Positions 40,687 to 52,906 are shown, numbered from the stretch's first letter. The stretch is 64,000 nucleotides of DNA from Gemmatimonadota bacterium (GCA_039589315.1 JBDHHQ010000008.1:45430-109429), one strand, 5' to 3'. The notes: generated by a model not told the origin, from the letters alone. Numbers and translations are program-made.

Positions 40687-41487
40687 ATGTCCCCAGTTGC
40701 CCTCGTAACCGGTGCCTCCTCCGGCATCGGGCGCGCTCTGGCAGCTCGCCTGGCCCGGGACGGCTACGCCGTGGCACTGGCTGCCCGGCGAGCCGAGGCG
40801 CTCTCACGCGCGGCTGCGGAGATCGACGAGGACGGCGGCCGCGCGCTGCCCCTACCCACAGACGTCTCCCTGCGCGCCTCCGTGCAGCAGGCCGTCCAGC
40901 GCTGCGAAGCCGAGCTCGGCCCCATCGACCTCCTGGTGGCGAACGCCGGCGTCACCGCCAGGAATCGACCCGGAGACCCGGACTGGGTGGACGACGTCGA
41001 GCGGGTGCTGCGGACGAACTATCTGGGAGCCGTGTACGCGACCGGGGCGGTCCTCCCCGGCATGCTGGCTCGGCGCGCCGGTCACCTGGTGGGCATCGGC
41101 TCGGTCGCCGGCTTTCGCGGCCTGCCACGGAGCGCCGCCTATACGGCCAGCAAGGCAGCTCTGGCCAACTACTTCGAGAGCCTCCGCATCGACCTGCGGG
41201 GCACCGGCGTCGCCGTGACGCTGATCCGTCCGGGCTACGTGCGGACCCCCCTCACGGACCGGCAGGATCACCCCATGCCCTTCATGATGGACCTGGACGC
41301 AGCGGTGGAGCGGATGATGCGCGCTATCCGGGCTCGACGGCGATCGGCCCTGTTTCCCAGGGTCTGGGGCGGCGCAGCCTGGATCTCCCAGCTGTTGCCG
41401 GACGTGGTGTACGATTGGATCGGCTCGAAGGTCCCCCGGGGTGGTGGCTCGAGCTCCGGCGACCCCGGCGGTGGCGGCACGGACTGA
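40687..41487 (+). CDS. Short-chain dehydrogenase/reductase
   Basis: TGASSGIG, ANAG, YTASK and PGYVRT motifs. Confidence 0.93.
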   Translation: MSPVALVTGASSGIGRALAARLARDGYAVALAARRAEALSRAAAEIDEDGGRALPLPTDVSLRASVQQAVQRCEAELGPIDLLVANAGVTARNRPGDPDWVDDVERVLRTNYLGAVYATGAVLPGMLARRAGHLVGIGSVAGFRGLPRSAAYTASKAALANYFESLRIDLRGTGVAVTLIRPGYVRTPLTDRQDHPMPFMMDLDAAVERMMRAIRARRRSALFPRVWGGAAWISQLLPDVVYDWIGSKVPRGGGSSSGDPGGGGTD

Positions 41488-41499
41488 GCTGCCCTTCGG

Positions 41500-42774
41500 T
41501 CACGGCGTCCGGTAGACCTGGCCCCCCTTCATCACCAGCTCCACTCGCCGGAGCACGGCCACGTCGCTCGACGGGTCTCCCCGTACCGCGATAAGGTCGG
41601 CCAGCAAGCCCGGGCGGATCGCCCCCACCTCGTCGTCGATGCCGAAGATCCGGGCGTTCCCGGACGTGGCCGCCCGGGCCGCGTCCAGGTGGCTCATGCC
41701 GTACTCCACCATGAGCTCGAGCTCCCGCACATTGTCGCCGTGGGGGTAGACGCCCACGTCCCCGCCGAAGCACATGTCGACGCCGGCCGCCAGGGCGAGA
41801 CGCACGGTATCCCGCTTCCGCCCGATGCGGTCCGGTTCCGGATCCACGCCCTTGCGCCAGCCGCCGTACTGGGAGATGGCGTCTCCCGCCGCGATCGTGG
41901 GGCAGAACGCCACGCTGCGCTCCGCCATCGCGGCGAACACCTCGGCGGTGCCGCCGTCGCCGTGCTCGACGGTGCGGACACCCGCCGCCACGGCCCGCCG
42001 CATGCCCTCCGCGGTGGACGCGTGGGCAACCACCGGACGGCCCGAGGAGCCGGCCACTTCCACCACCAGGCGCAGCTCGTCCACCGTGTAGGTGGGCTGG
42101 GCGGTGCCGCCCGGACCCCAACGGTAGTCGGCGTAGACCTTGATCCAGTCGGCGCCGCGGCCGATCTGGTCGCGGGTTGCCCGCATCAGGTCGTCGACCC
42201 CGTCCGCCACCTCGGCCCCTTTGTGGAAGGCGAGCTCCGGCGCCCCCTTGGGGTTGTAGCTCCCGGTGGCCACCAGGGCCTTGGTGGTCACGATCATCCG
42301 CGGTCCTGGGATCACGCCCTTCTCGATGGCGCTCTTGAGGCCCACGTCGGCGTAGTCGGCGCCCTCGGACCCGAGGTCCCGCACCGTGGTGACGCCGGCC
42401 AGGATCGTGCGCTCGGCGTGGACCACCGCCCGGGCCACCCGTTCGGCCAGCGGCTCCAGCAGCACCTGATCCACCCAGCGGGTCTCGTCGTACGGGTGGA
42501 GCAGCAGATGGGAGTGGCCTTCGATCAGCCCCGGCATGAGCGTCAGGCCCGGAAGCTCCAGCACCGTGGCTCCCGCTGGGACGGTGAGGGAGCCTGCCGG
42601 TCCCACGGCCTGGATGCGGCGGCCCGAGACCAGGACGCCCTGTCCGGGTACCGGCCTGTCCGCGACACCGTCCCAGACCGCCTCGGGAACGAGAAGGACG
42701 ACTTCCTGTGCGGTGGCCGGCAGGCAGATGAGACCGGCGGCCGCGGCCGTCAGGAACAGGGTGCGGAGTGTCAT
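41500..42774 (-). CDS. Secreted metal-dependent amidohydrolase (Xaa-Pro dipeptidase-like)
   Basis: Signal peptide ending ATA-QE; PGLIEGHSH, GADWIK, VAHA, VEHG and GGDVG motifs. Confidence 0.9.
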   Translation of the reverse strand: MTLRTLFLTAAAAGLICLPATAQEVVLLVPEAVWDGVADRPVPGQGVLVSGRRIQAVGPAGSLTVPAGATVLELPGLTLMPGLIEGHSHLLLHPYDETRWVDQVLLEPLAERVARAVVHAERTILAGVTTVRDLGSEGADYADVGLKSAIEKGVIPGPRMIVTTKALVATGSYNPKGAPELAFHKGAEVADGVDDLMRATRDQIGRGADWIKVYADYRWGPGGTAQPTYTVDELRLVVEVAGSSGRPVVAHASTAEGMRRAVAAGVRTVEHGDGGTAEVFAAMAERSVAFCPTIAAGDAISQYGGWRKGVDPEPDRIGRKRDTVRLALAAGVDMCFGGDVGVYPHGDNVRELELMVEYGMSHLDAARAATSGNARIFGIDDEVGAIRPGLLADLIAVRGDPSSDVAVLRRVELVMKGGQVYRTP

Positions 42775-42964
42775 GGCAGCCTGGTTCTCCGGGGGTCGGT
42801 GGGGAAGGGACGCGGTCGGATGCCGGAACCCGCACAATCGCAGGCGGGTGGGTCATGGCGCCAGCGCCCCGGCGACGCCGCGTCCTGGCCATTCGCGAAC
42901 TGCCGCCGCACCGCGCTAGTTTGCCGGCTCCTGGAATCCCGACACTCCTCGACGAACCACGGCC

Positions 42965-43483
42965 ATGAACGAACGCGTAAGAACACTGGTGGAGGGTCGC
43001 AAGGAGAGAATCCGGCGGGCCCTCGGCCGGGAACCCGCACGGCGGCCCGGAGACCCGGCTCTCCTGTCCCCTGAAGATCGGGAACACCTCCTCGGGTATG
43101 CCCGCGATCTCTACGAGAACGAGCTGGCATGGGAGGATATTACCGAGGAGGAGTATCTCGAGGACGGCCCGATCGTCGCCCTGACCTTTCCCGGATTCAT
43201 GGCTTTCGTGCGCGGTCTGCTCCTGGCAGAGGCCATGCCCGACTCCCTGGCCCCGGCGTCGCCGCGTCCGGAGGTCGTGGAGGACGTGCTCGTCTTCCTC
43301 GGCGAGCGTTGCCTGGCTCTGAAGGAGGAGCTCACCGCGGGAGGGCCCGAGCCCGACGAAGACGCACGCCGAGGCGCGGCGCTGGACATGACCGGACGGC
43401 TCATGGACCTGGTCCTGTTCGAGCTGTATGGCCTCGACGAGAACGAGGTGAGGGCGGTGGAGGCCGCGGGGGCCCCGGGCTGA
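42965..43483 (+). CDS. Hypothetical acidic protein
   Basis: 172-aa ORF with host-like codon usage filling the gap between genes; no family recognised. Confidence 0.7.
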   Translation: MNERVRTLVEGRKERIRRALGREPARRPGDPALLSPEDREHLLGYARDLYENELAWEDITEEEYLEDGPIVALTFPGFMAFVRGLLLAEAMPDSLAPASPRPEVVEDVLVFLGERCLALKEELTAGGPEPDEDARRGAALDMTGRLMDLVLFELYGLDENEVRAVEAAGAPG

Positions 43484-43544
43484 GCCATCGGGGCGCCACG
43501 CCCCCGTCGTGACACGCGAGGTCCGGCATGGACGCATTGGGACG

Positions 43545-44528
43545 ATGACACGAATCCGTCCGGGCCACCCATACCTGGCGGGGGCCCCCCTCTTGATGGC
43601 CCACCGCGGGGGTGCTGGGTTGGCGCCCGAGAACACGTTGGAGGCCTTCGTCCAGGCGGTGGATGTCTGGCAGTCGGACGCCCTCGAGCTGGACGTTCGC
43701 GCGACGGCGGACCGTCGAATCGTGGTGATCCACGACGACACGGTGGAGCGCACCACCGACGGGACCGGGCCGGTCGCGTCGTTCCCCTGGGACACGTTGC
43801 GGGAGCTGGACGCCGGGTACCGCTTCCTCGATCCGTCGGGGAAGCCCACCTACCGCGGACGAGGCGTCCGCGTGCCCCTCTTCGAGGAGGTCCTGGACGC
43901 GTGTCCCCGCGTCCGGATCAACGTGGAGACCAAGGAGCGCGCAGCGACCCGCGGCCTGCTGGAGATCATCCGCCGACACGGCGCCCAGCACCGCGTCCTT
44001 TTCGCCGCGGCCCACGAGCGCGACCGAGCAGAGGCGCGGGGCTACGAAGGGCCGTGGGGTGCGTCGACCCAGCAGATCCGGCGTTTCTACCTCTTGCATC
44101 GCCTGCCGTTCTGCGCCGGGTACACGCCGCGCGTCGACGCGCTCCAGGTGCCCGACGTATGGAAGGGCCGCCGCGTCGTGACGCCCCGCTTCCTCGAGGT
44201 GGCTCACCGCCAGAACATCGCGGTCCACGTGTGGACGGTGGACGAGGTGGACGACATGCGTCGCCTGCTCGGCTGGGGCGTGGACGGCGTCCAGACCGAC
44301 CGTCCGGACCGGCTGGCCCGGCTGCTCACCGAAGAGTTCGGTCGCCCGCCGGCGCCGGGATTGGCAGGCGACGCCTCCACGGCGCAGGGACTGGCAGGCG
44401 AGGCGTCGACAACGCCGGGGTCGGCGGGCCATGCGTCGTCGGTGCCGGACACACCTGCGGTGAAGGCGAGTGGGACGCCGGGTTCGCCCGCGTCCGACGG
44501 TCGGAAGGGGCCCGGGGACTCCCGGTGA
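43545..44528 (+). CDS. Glycerophosphodiester phosphodiesterase
   Basis: AHRGG, PENT, ELDV, IHD, NVETK, WTVD and GVDGVQTDRP motifs; low-complexity C-terminal tail. Confidence 0.92.
   Translation: MTRIRPGHPYLAGAPLLMAHRGGAGLAPENTLEAFVQAVDVWQSDALELDVRATADRRIVVIHDDTVERTTDGTGPVASFPWDTLRELDAGYRFLDPSGKPTYRGRGVRVPLFEEVLDACPRVRINVETKERAATRGLLEIIRRHGAQHRVLFAAAHERDRAEARGYEGPWGASTQQIRRFYLLHRLPFCAGYTPRVDALQVPDVWKGRRVVTPRFLEVAHRQNIAVHVWTVDEVDDMRRLLGWGVDGVQTDRPDRLARLLTEEFGRPPAPGLAGDASTAQGLAGEASTTPGSAGHASSVPDTPAVKASGTPGSPASDGRKGPGDSR
44357..44446 (+). repeat. Three degenerate 30-bp tandem repeats (GLAGDASTAQ / GLAGEASTTP / GSAGHASSVP)
   Basis: Read directly at DNA and protein level. Confidence 0.65.
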
Positions 44529-45886
44529 GGGGACTGGCCCGGGCGTTCGGGGCGCACCTCCGCGATCTCGGTGGACCTGGCGAGGGAGACACCGTGTTGG
44601 TGGCGGTCTCGGGAGGGGTGGACTCCCTCGCGCTTCTGCACCTGCTCCGCTTCTCGCCGGCAGTGCCCCCCCTGGATCTGCGGGTGGGTCACTTCGACCA
44701 CCGCATGCGACCCGGCAGCCGGGAAGATGGCCAGTGGGTGGCGGGCGTGGCCCGGGCGTGGGCGCTGCCGGTGGAGATCGGTCGGGCCGAGGCTCCCCCG
44801 ACGGGCGAGGAAGCGGCGCGCGCGGCTCGCTACGGTTTCCTGGTCGCGCTGCGGAACAGGCTGGACGCGCAGTGGATCCTGACAGCGCACCACGCCGACG
44901 ACCAGGCCGAGACCGTGCTGTTCCGTATCTTCCGCGGCACCGGCATCCGAGGGCTCGCGGGGATCCCCCCGCGGCGGGAGCCCGGCATCCTCCGACCCCT
45001 CTTGCCCTTCTGGAAGTCCCAGATCCTCGAATACGCCGGCGAGGTGGGCCTCCAGCCCAGGATCGACCCGACGAACCGCGATCCGTCCTTCGCTCGAAAC
45101 CGGATCCGCCACGAGGTGATCCCCTCTCTCGAGGCCCGGGCGGCGCCACGTCTCCGCCACTCGCTGGCACGTCTGGCCCGGTTGGCGCGGGAGAACGAGC
45201 TGGCCTGGTCCCACGTCGTTCCTGATCTGCTCGAGCGCGTCGACGCCGACGAGGGGGAAGGCCGTATCTCGGTTGATCTGGCCGGTTTGCTCCGGTATGA
45301 TTCATCCGTTCAGGCCCGCCTTGTGCGAGCGCTCGCACGCCGCCTGGGAAGCCGGCTCGACGAAGCCGGCACGCAGGCGGCGCTCGATTTCGCGGCTGCC
45401 GGTGCCAGTGGCCGGGAAGCGCGGCTACCGGACGGGATGGCGGTCACCCGGGAGTTCGACCGCCTGGTCATGACGCACACGGCCGAGCCCGGTGCGAACC
45501 GGCCGCTGGAGGTGCCGGCACGCCGCCCGGGGTCCGGTGGCTTCGTGATCGGTGGGCGACGGTACGAGGCTCGTTGGTCCGACCGGGAGGCGGTGCAGGG
45601 TCGTTGGGTGGCGCGGTTCGATGCCGCGGAGCTGGCCTTTCCGCTCCGCTTCCGCGAGTGGCGTCCCGGAGATCGGATCCACATGCCCTATGGTAGAAAG
45701 AAGCTGAAGAAGCTGCTGGCGGAAGCGCGCGTGCCCACCCGAGAGCGGAGCCGGCGCGCCGTGCTGCAGGATGCGGCCGGGAGGGTCCTCTGGGTGCCCG
45801 GCATCGCACGATCGACGTGGAACCCGCCGCGGGATCACGCCTATACCATGGCCGTCTGGATTGTGGATGACACACACGTCCCTTGA
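44525..45886 (+). CDS. tilS: tRNA(Ile)-lysidine synthetase
   Basis: SGGVDS PP-loop, HFDH, ARAARY, TAHHADDQAET, DPTN and RNRIR motifs; C-terminal domain with KKLKKLL. Confidence 0.95.
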   Translation: MRGLARAFGAHLRDLGGPGEGDTVLVAVSGGVDSLALLHLLRFSPAVPPLDLRVGHFDHRMRPGSREDGQWVAGVARAWALPVEIGRAEAPPTGEEAARAARYGFLVALRNRLDAQWILTAHHADDQAETVLFRIFRGTGIRGLAGIPPRREPGILRPLLPFWKSQILEYAGEVGLQPRIDPTNRDPSFARNRIRHEVIPSLEARAAPRLRHSLARLARLARENELAWSHVVPDLLERVDADEGEGRISVDLAGLLRYDSSVQARLVRALARRLGSRLDEAGTQAALDFAAAGASGREARLPDGMAVTREFDRLVMTHTAEPGANRPLEVPARRPGSGGFVIGGRRYEARWSDREAVQGRWVARFDAAELAFPLRFREWRPGDRIHMPYGRKKLKKLLAEARVPTRERSRRAVLQDAAGRVLWVPGIARSTWNPPRDHAYTMAVWIVDDTHVP

Positions 45887-46421
45887 CACGAAGCGTCAAC
45901 TCGGAGGTCGCGAGCTGCGCCGGGTCGTGTACTCTGAAGAGCAGATCGCGACCCGGGTTCGGGAGATGGGCCGCTCCATCTCGCAGGCCTACGGACCCGA
46001 GGACAACCTGCTCGTGCTGGGCCTCCTGAAAGGGTCCTTCATCTTCCTGGCCGACCTGGTGCGGGAGATCCAGGTGCCGCTGCACGTGGATTTCCTCGTA
46101 GCGTCGAGCTACGGCACGGATACGGTCAGCAGCGGCGACGTGCAGTTGCTTTACGATCCGGACGCGTCCGTGGAGGGACGCGCCGTCCTGCTGGTCGAGG
46201 ACATCATCGACAGCGGGACGACCATGAACCGGCTGATTCCGTTGCTCGAGGAGCGCGGTCCAGCCAGTCTCGAGATCTGCGCGCTGCTCCACAAGCGCCT
46301 CACTCGGCTGGTCAAGGAGGCCCGGTGGGTCGGGTTCGACGCCCCCGAGGAGTTCCTCGTGGGGTATGGACTGGACTACTCCGAGAGCTTCCGGCACCTA
46401 CCTTACATAGGAAGTCTCTGA
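45867..46421 (+). CDS. hpt: Hypoxanthine phosphoribosyltransferase
   Basis: LLKGS, ASSYG, LVEDIIDSGTT and FLVGYGLDY motifs. Confidence 0.95.
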   Translation: MTHTSLDTKRQLGGRELRRVVYSEEQIATRVREMGRSISQAYGPEDNLLVLGLLKGSFIFLADLVREIQVPLHVDFLVASSYGTDTVSSGDVQLLYDPDASVEGRAVLLVEDIIDSGTTMNRLIPLLEERGPASLEICALLHKRLTRLVKEARWVGFDAPEEFLVGYGLDYSESFRHLPYIGSL

Positions 46422-46521
46422 CCGCAGGGCGGAGAAACCTCCGCTCCGGTTCCGAGTAGTGGTAGGGTACCGGGTGGAGAAGGGGTCTCCGCTCCGGACG
46501 CAGCCGGCAGTCGGATTACGC

Positions 46522-48580
<2,059 letters not shown>

Positions 48581-48581
<1 letters not shown>

Positions 48582-49516
48582 TGAGCGAGGCGCCCCCCAA
48601 GTCCGGCTCGACCCCGGGGACCGCCGTGCCGCCGGCAGGCGGTCCCCTCTTCGCACACGACCGGCAGGCGGTGCCGCAGTGGCGGCTCCGTGACTGCTCG
48701 GTGGACCTCAGCCGACCGGTCGTGATGGGTATCGTGAACCTCACCCCCGACTCCTTCTCGGATGGAGGCTCCTGGCCCAACGTCGAGGCGGCCCTCTACG
48801 CCGCCGAGCGAATGGTGCGGGGGGGCGCGGGTATCCTGGACGTGGGGGGAGAGTCGACGCGGCCCGGAGCCGGCGAGGTCCCGGCCCACGAAGAGCTGCG
48901 ACGGATCCTGCCCTTCGTGAAGGCGGCGGTCGAGCACTTCGACGTGCCGATTTCGGTGGATACACGAAAGGCCGACGTGGCGGCGGCGGCGCTGGAGGCC
49001 GGGGCCCACGGTGTCAACGACGTCTCGGGCTTGCGCCACGACCGACGGCTTGCCGAGGTCGTGGCCTCGGTCGGTGCCGGCCTGATCCTCATGCACATGC
49101 GTGGGGAGCCCGGGACCATGGCGCGGTTCGCCACCTACCGGGACGTGATTGAAGAGGTGCGGTCGGAGCTGGCAGACTCCGTGGCGCGCGCACGGGCAGC
49201 CGGCGTCGAGCGGAAGAACATCGTGGTCGATCCCGGCATCGGCTTCGCCAAGACGCCGGCCCAGAGCCTCGAGCTGATCGCGGGGCTGGAGCGTCTCACG
49301 ACCATCGGCCCACCGGTGATGGTGGGGCCGTCTCGCAAGAGCTTCCTCGGGGCCGTGTTGGGGCTCCCCCCGGGCGAGCGGGTGGAGGGAACGTTGGCGG
49401 CATGCGTTGCGGCGTACCTGGCGGGCGCCCGCATCTTCCGGGTCCACGACGTGGAGGCGGTCTCCAGGGCCCTGCGCGTGGCCCACGCCATACGGAATCC
49501 GGAGGGCGTGGCGTGA
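48581..49516 (+). CDS. folP: Dihydropteroate synthase
   Basis: MGIVNLTPDSFSDGG, GGESTRPG, DPGIGF, SRKSF and RVHDV motifs. Confidence 0.96.
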
Positions 49517-50313
49517 GCTTTCTCAGGGAGCAGTTCCTGCTCCTGTCGCCGGGGTGGGGGGACCTGATCGAGATCCTCATCGTCACGGTCCTCCTCTATC
49601 GCATCCTCATCCTCATCCAGCGCACCCGGGCCATGCAGATCCTCCTCGGGATCATGCTTCTGGGCCTCATCTACCTGGGTGCGCGACTCCTGGACTTCGT
49701 CCTGATCCGGTACCTGCTGGAGACGTTCTTCCAGTATGGTGCCATCGCCGCCCTGGTGGTGTTCCAGCCGGAGCTGCGGGCGGCGCTGGCCAGGCTCGGG
49801 CAAACCCGGATGGTCCGCTTCCTCTACCGGGAACAGGGCAGCCAGGTCGTGGACGAGATCGTGGAGGCGACGGAGCACCTGGCCCGGGCCAAGATCGGCG
49901 CCATCATCGCGGTCGAGCAGGAGGTGGGGCTGGAGGAGTACGCGGTCACCGGCAGCCCGATCCAGGCCAAGGTCTCGAAGGAGATGCTGACGACCATCTT
50001 CACGCCGTACTCCCCGCTCCACGACGGCGCCGTCGTGATCTCTGGGGACTCCATCAGAGCGGCGGGGGCGATCCTGCCTCTGACCCAGTACTCCCTCCCC
50101 GACCGCTCCCTCGGCACCCGGCACCGCGCCGCGCTGGGGCTCTCCGAGGAGACGGATGCCATCGTCGTGGTGGTCAGCGAGGAGACGTCCCGCGTCTCGG
50201 TCGCACAGCGGGGACGACTGGAGGCGGGCGTCGACGGCCCGCGCCTCCGCCAGATCCTCAGCGGCGGCCTGCCCGAACCGGTAGGTGGGCTCGCGCTGCC
50301 GTTCCGGACGTAG
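49513..50313 (+). CDS. cdaA: Diadenylate cyclase CdaA (three TM helices + DAC domain)
   Basis: FQPELR, PLHDGA, GTRHRAALG and VSEET motifs. Confidence 0.93.
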   Translation: MSFLREQFLLLSPGWGDLIEILIVTVLLYRILILIQRTRAMQILLGIMLLGLIYLGARLLDFVLIRYLLETFFQYGAIAALVVFQPELRAALARLGQTRMVRFLYREQGSQVVDEIVEATEHLARAKIGAIIAVEQEVGLEEYAVTGSPIQAKVSKEMLTTIFTPYSPLHDGAVVISGDSIRAAGAILPLTQYSLPDRSLGTRHRAALGLSEETDAIVVVVSEETSRVSVAQRGRLEAGVDGPRLRQILSGGLPEPVGGLALPFRT

Positions 50314-50445
50314 AGCGCCCCGGGCACGCCGCACGGCACGCCCGCCGTCGATCGAGGCGATCGCGGGAAACGACCAGCGCCACTTGACGTATCCTTCGAC
50401 ACGAAGCAGGGTTGCGGGTGTGCACGCACGCCCCGGCCAGGCGCG

Positions 50446-50475
50446 TTGACAGCCTGACGGCGCACTCCGTACATT
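50446..50475 (+). promoter_or_regulatory. Sigma70-type promoter of the exbB operon (TTGACA-N18-TACATT)
   Basis: Near-consensus hexamers about 45 nt before TTG 50520; AAGGAGA RBS. Confidence 0.6.
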
Positions 50476-50519
50476 TTGCGGCTCCAGCACCAGGCGCCGG
50501 TCAACCAAGGAGATTCGGC

Positions 50520-51266
50520 TTGGGAAGCAGCCAATATCAACTCCTGACGCTGTTCGCGGACGGCGGGCTCATGATGTATCCGCTCATCCTGTGCTCCCTC
50601 ATCGCTCTGGGCGTGATCCTCGCCAAGGCCTGGACGCTTTGGCTGGCGCATCACAGCACGAAGCGCATCCTGAGGGAGGTCGAGGAGGCGGCACGTGCCG
50701 GTAACATAGACGACGCCGTCCAGATCGCCGCCGCCACGCCTGGACCGGCCGCGGCCATCCTGTACGCGGGTCTCAAGCGGATCTCGCAGAAGAAGGTCAA
50801 CGCGGGTGAGATCGAACAGGCCATCAGCACGGTGGGCACCATCGAGCTCGGGTTCCTGGAACGAGGCCTGGTGGTCCTGGCCACCGTGGCCAACGTCGCG
50901 CCCCTGATGGGCTTCCTCGGCACGGTGGCCGGGATGATCCTGGCCTTCGCCGCCATCGAAGAGGCGGGGGACGTGGATCCGGGGCTGGTGGCCGGCGGGA
51001 TCAAGGTGGCCCTGCTGACCACGGCGAGCGGGCTCGCCATCGCGATTCCGGTGAACATCGCCTACAACTTCTTCGTGAGCCGCATCGACACGCTGATCCT
51101 CGACATGGAGCAAGGCTCCCAACGGGTGCTGAACCTGGCCTGGGACATGGAGAAGGAGGGGTCCCTCGAGGTGGTGGGCAAGGAGACGAGCCCGTCGCGC
51201 CGGGAGATGCGTGCCACCTTGCAGGACCATTCGTCGAGCCCTCACGGGGAGGTCGACGTCCCATAG
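50520..51266 (+). CDS. exbB: MotA/TolQ/ExbB proton channel protein
   Basis: GGLMMYPL, APLMGFLGTVAGMI and GIKVALLTTASGL.IAIP motifs. Confidence 0.92.
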   Translation: MGSSQYQLLTLFADGGLMMYPLILCSLIALGVILAKAWTLWLAHHSTKRILREVEEAARAGNIDDAVQIAAATPGPAAAILYAGLKRISQKKVNAGEIEQAISTVGTIELGFLERGLVVLATVANVAPLMGFLGTVAGMILAFAAIEEAGDVDPGLVAGGIKVALLTTASGLAIAIPVNIAYNFFVSRIDTLILDMEQGSQRVLNLAWDMEKEGSLEVVGKETSPSRREMRATLQDHSSSPHGEVDVP

Positions 51267-51330
51267 GGGAACACCGCTTTTCGACGTCGTGTAACGAACA
51301 CACACAGCCCACGTCTGAGAGGGCAGCAGC

Positions 51331-51756
51331 ATGGCCGTAATGCAAGCCAAGAAGTCGAAGGTCAGCGACGAGATCCCCTCCGCGTCCATGGCCGACATCG
51401 CGTTCCTCCTCCTGATCTTCTTCCTGGTCACCACTGTGTTCCCGAAGGACCGAGGTCTGGCCATCGTCCTGCCGGAGGAGGCGGAAGAAATCCAGGTCTC
51501 GCAGAAGAACATCCTCCACCTCATCATCCAGCCTACCGGCATCGTGGACGTGAAGCGCGGGGAGAGTCAGCAGATCCAGCAGATGCGGCCCGACGACGTG
51601 GAATCGCTGTGGCGACAGGAGGTCACCTCGAACCCCAACCTGATCGCGGCCGTGAAGACGCACCCCGACGCCTCCTATCGGTACATGATCGACGTGCTGG
51701 ACGCGCTGCACGTCGCTGGGGCGGAGCGCATCTCCCTCCAAGTGCTGGAGAACTGA
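51331..51756 (+). CDS. exbD: ExbD/TolR family protein
   Basis: SMADIAFLLLIFFLVTT motif. Confidence 0.9.
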   Translation: MAVMQAKKSKVSDEIPSASMADIAFLLLIFFLVTTVFPKDRGLAIVLPEEAEEIQVSQKNILHLIIQPTGIVDVKRGESQQIQQMRPDDVESLWRQEVTSNPNLIAAVKTHPDASYRYMIDVLDALHVAGAERISLQVLEN

Positions 51757-51759
51757 CCG

Positions 51760-52209
51760 ATGGCGATCAAGGGTGGCGGTTTCGAGCGCAAGTCCAAGGC
51801 CTCCGACGAGATCCCGTCGTCGTCGCTGGCGGACATCGCCTTTCTCCTCCTGATCTTCTTCATGGTGACCACCGTCTTCCGCACCGACAAGGAGCGCGGC
51901 ATCGACTGGGCGGCGGCCGAGGCCACCGAGAAGATCGACGAGAAGAAGAAGAACATCCTGAACATCTGGGTGGAGCAGGATGGGTCCATCTGGATCAACG
52001 ATCGGCCACACGGCATGGCCGAAGTCAGCCAAACGGTAGCTCCCCTTTACGCGGCGTCCGACCGCAGGCTCGTGATCTCGGTACGGGCCGATCGCGACGT
52101 CCCGTACCAGTACATCGACGCGGTCCAGAAGGAGCTCGTCGAAGCCGGTGTGGTGCGGGTGGTGTTCGCCACTGAGATCGAGCAGAGCATGACGAGGGCA
52201 AGACGATGA
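51760..52209 (+). CDS. exbD: ExbD/TolR family protein (second copy)
   Basis: SLADIAFLLLIFFMVTT and RADRDVPY motifs. Confidence 0.9.
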   Translation: MAIKGGGFERKSKASDEIPSSSLADIAFLLLIFFMVTTVFRTDKERGIDWAAAEATEKIDEKKKNILNIWVEQDGSIWINDRPHGMAEVSQTVAPLYAASDRRLVISVRADRDVPYQYIDAVQKELVEAGVVRVVFATEIEQSMTRARR

Positions 52210-52880
52210 GCGAACCAGAGACAAGCGTCGGCATCGAGTTGACGGCAAACGAGAAGCTCAAGCGATCGTTCGGGAACTGGTTCTGGGGTTCCATGATCGC
52301 CGCCACACTCCTCCACTTCGCGTTCTTCCAGTTCTTTCCCGATCTGACCGCGGAAGACGTGTCCTTCACGGCCGACGAGCTCGAGGCCATCGAGCTCCCG
52401 CCCGAGATCGAGATCCCGCCGCCGCCGGAGCAGATCTCGCGACCGGCGACGCCCGTGGTGGCGGAGGCCAACATCGACGAAGACATCACCATCGCGCCCA
52501 CGACGTTCGAGGACAACCCGGTCGAGAACCTGCCACCCCCACCAGAAGAGGGCGGTTCGGACATCTCGGCGGCTCCCACGTTTACGCCGTTCACGGTTGC
52601 GCCCGATATCCGGAACCGGACGGAGGTGCAGCGGGCGCTTCAGCGCGAATACCCGCCGCTCCTGCGTGACGCCGGAATCGGCGGCACCGTGCAGGTCTGG
52701 TTCTTCATCGACGAGGACGGGCTTGTGCAGGACACCAGGGTGAACCAGTCTTCCGGGCACACTGCGCTGGACGAGGCGGCCATCAAGGTGGCCGGCGTGT
52801 TCCGGTTCTCGCCCGCGTTGAACCGGGACAAGAAGGTGCCCGTCTGGGTGTCCCTGCCGATTACGTTCACGACACGGTAG
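52206..52880 (+). CDS. tonB: Energy transducer TonB
   Basis: TM anchor with His, Pro/Glu-rich linker, YP..R.AGIGGTV.V.F.ID, SSG..LDEAA and FSPA motifs. Confidence 0.92.
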   Translation: MSEPETSVGIELTANEKLKRSFGNWFWGSMIAATLLHFAFFQFFPDLTAEDVSFTADELEAIELPPEIEIPPPPEQISRPATPVVAEANIDEDITIAPTTFEDNPVENLPPPPEEGGSDISAAPTFTPFTVAPDIRNRTEVQRALQREYPPLLRDAGIGGTVQVWFFIDEDGLVQDTRVNQSSGHTALDEAAIKVAGVFRFSPALNRDKKVPVWVSLPITFTTR

Positions 52881-52906
52881 GCGCCGCAGGGCCGCGCGAG
52901 CACACC

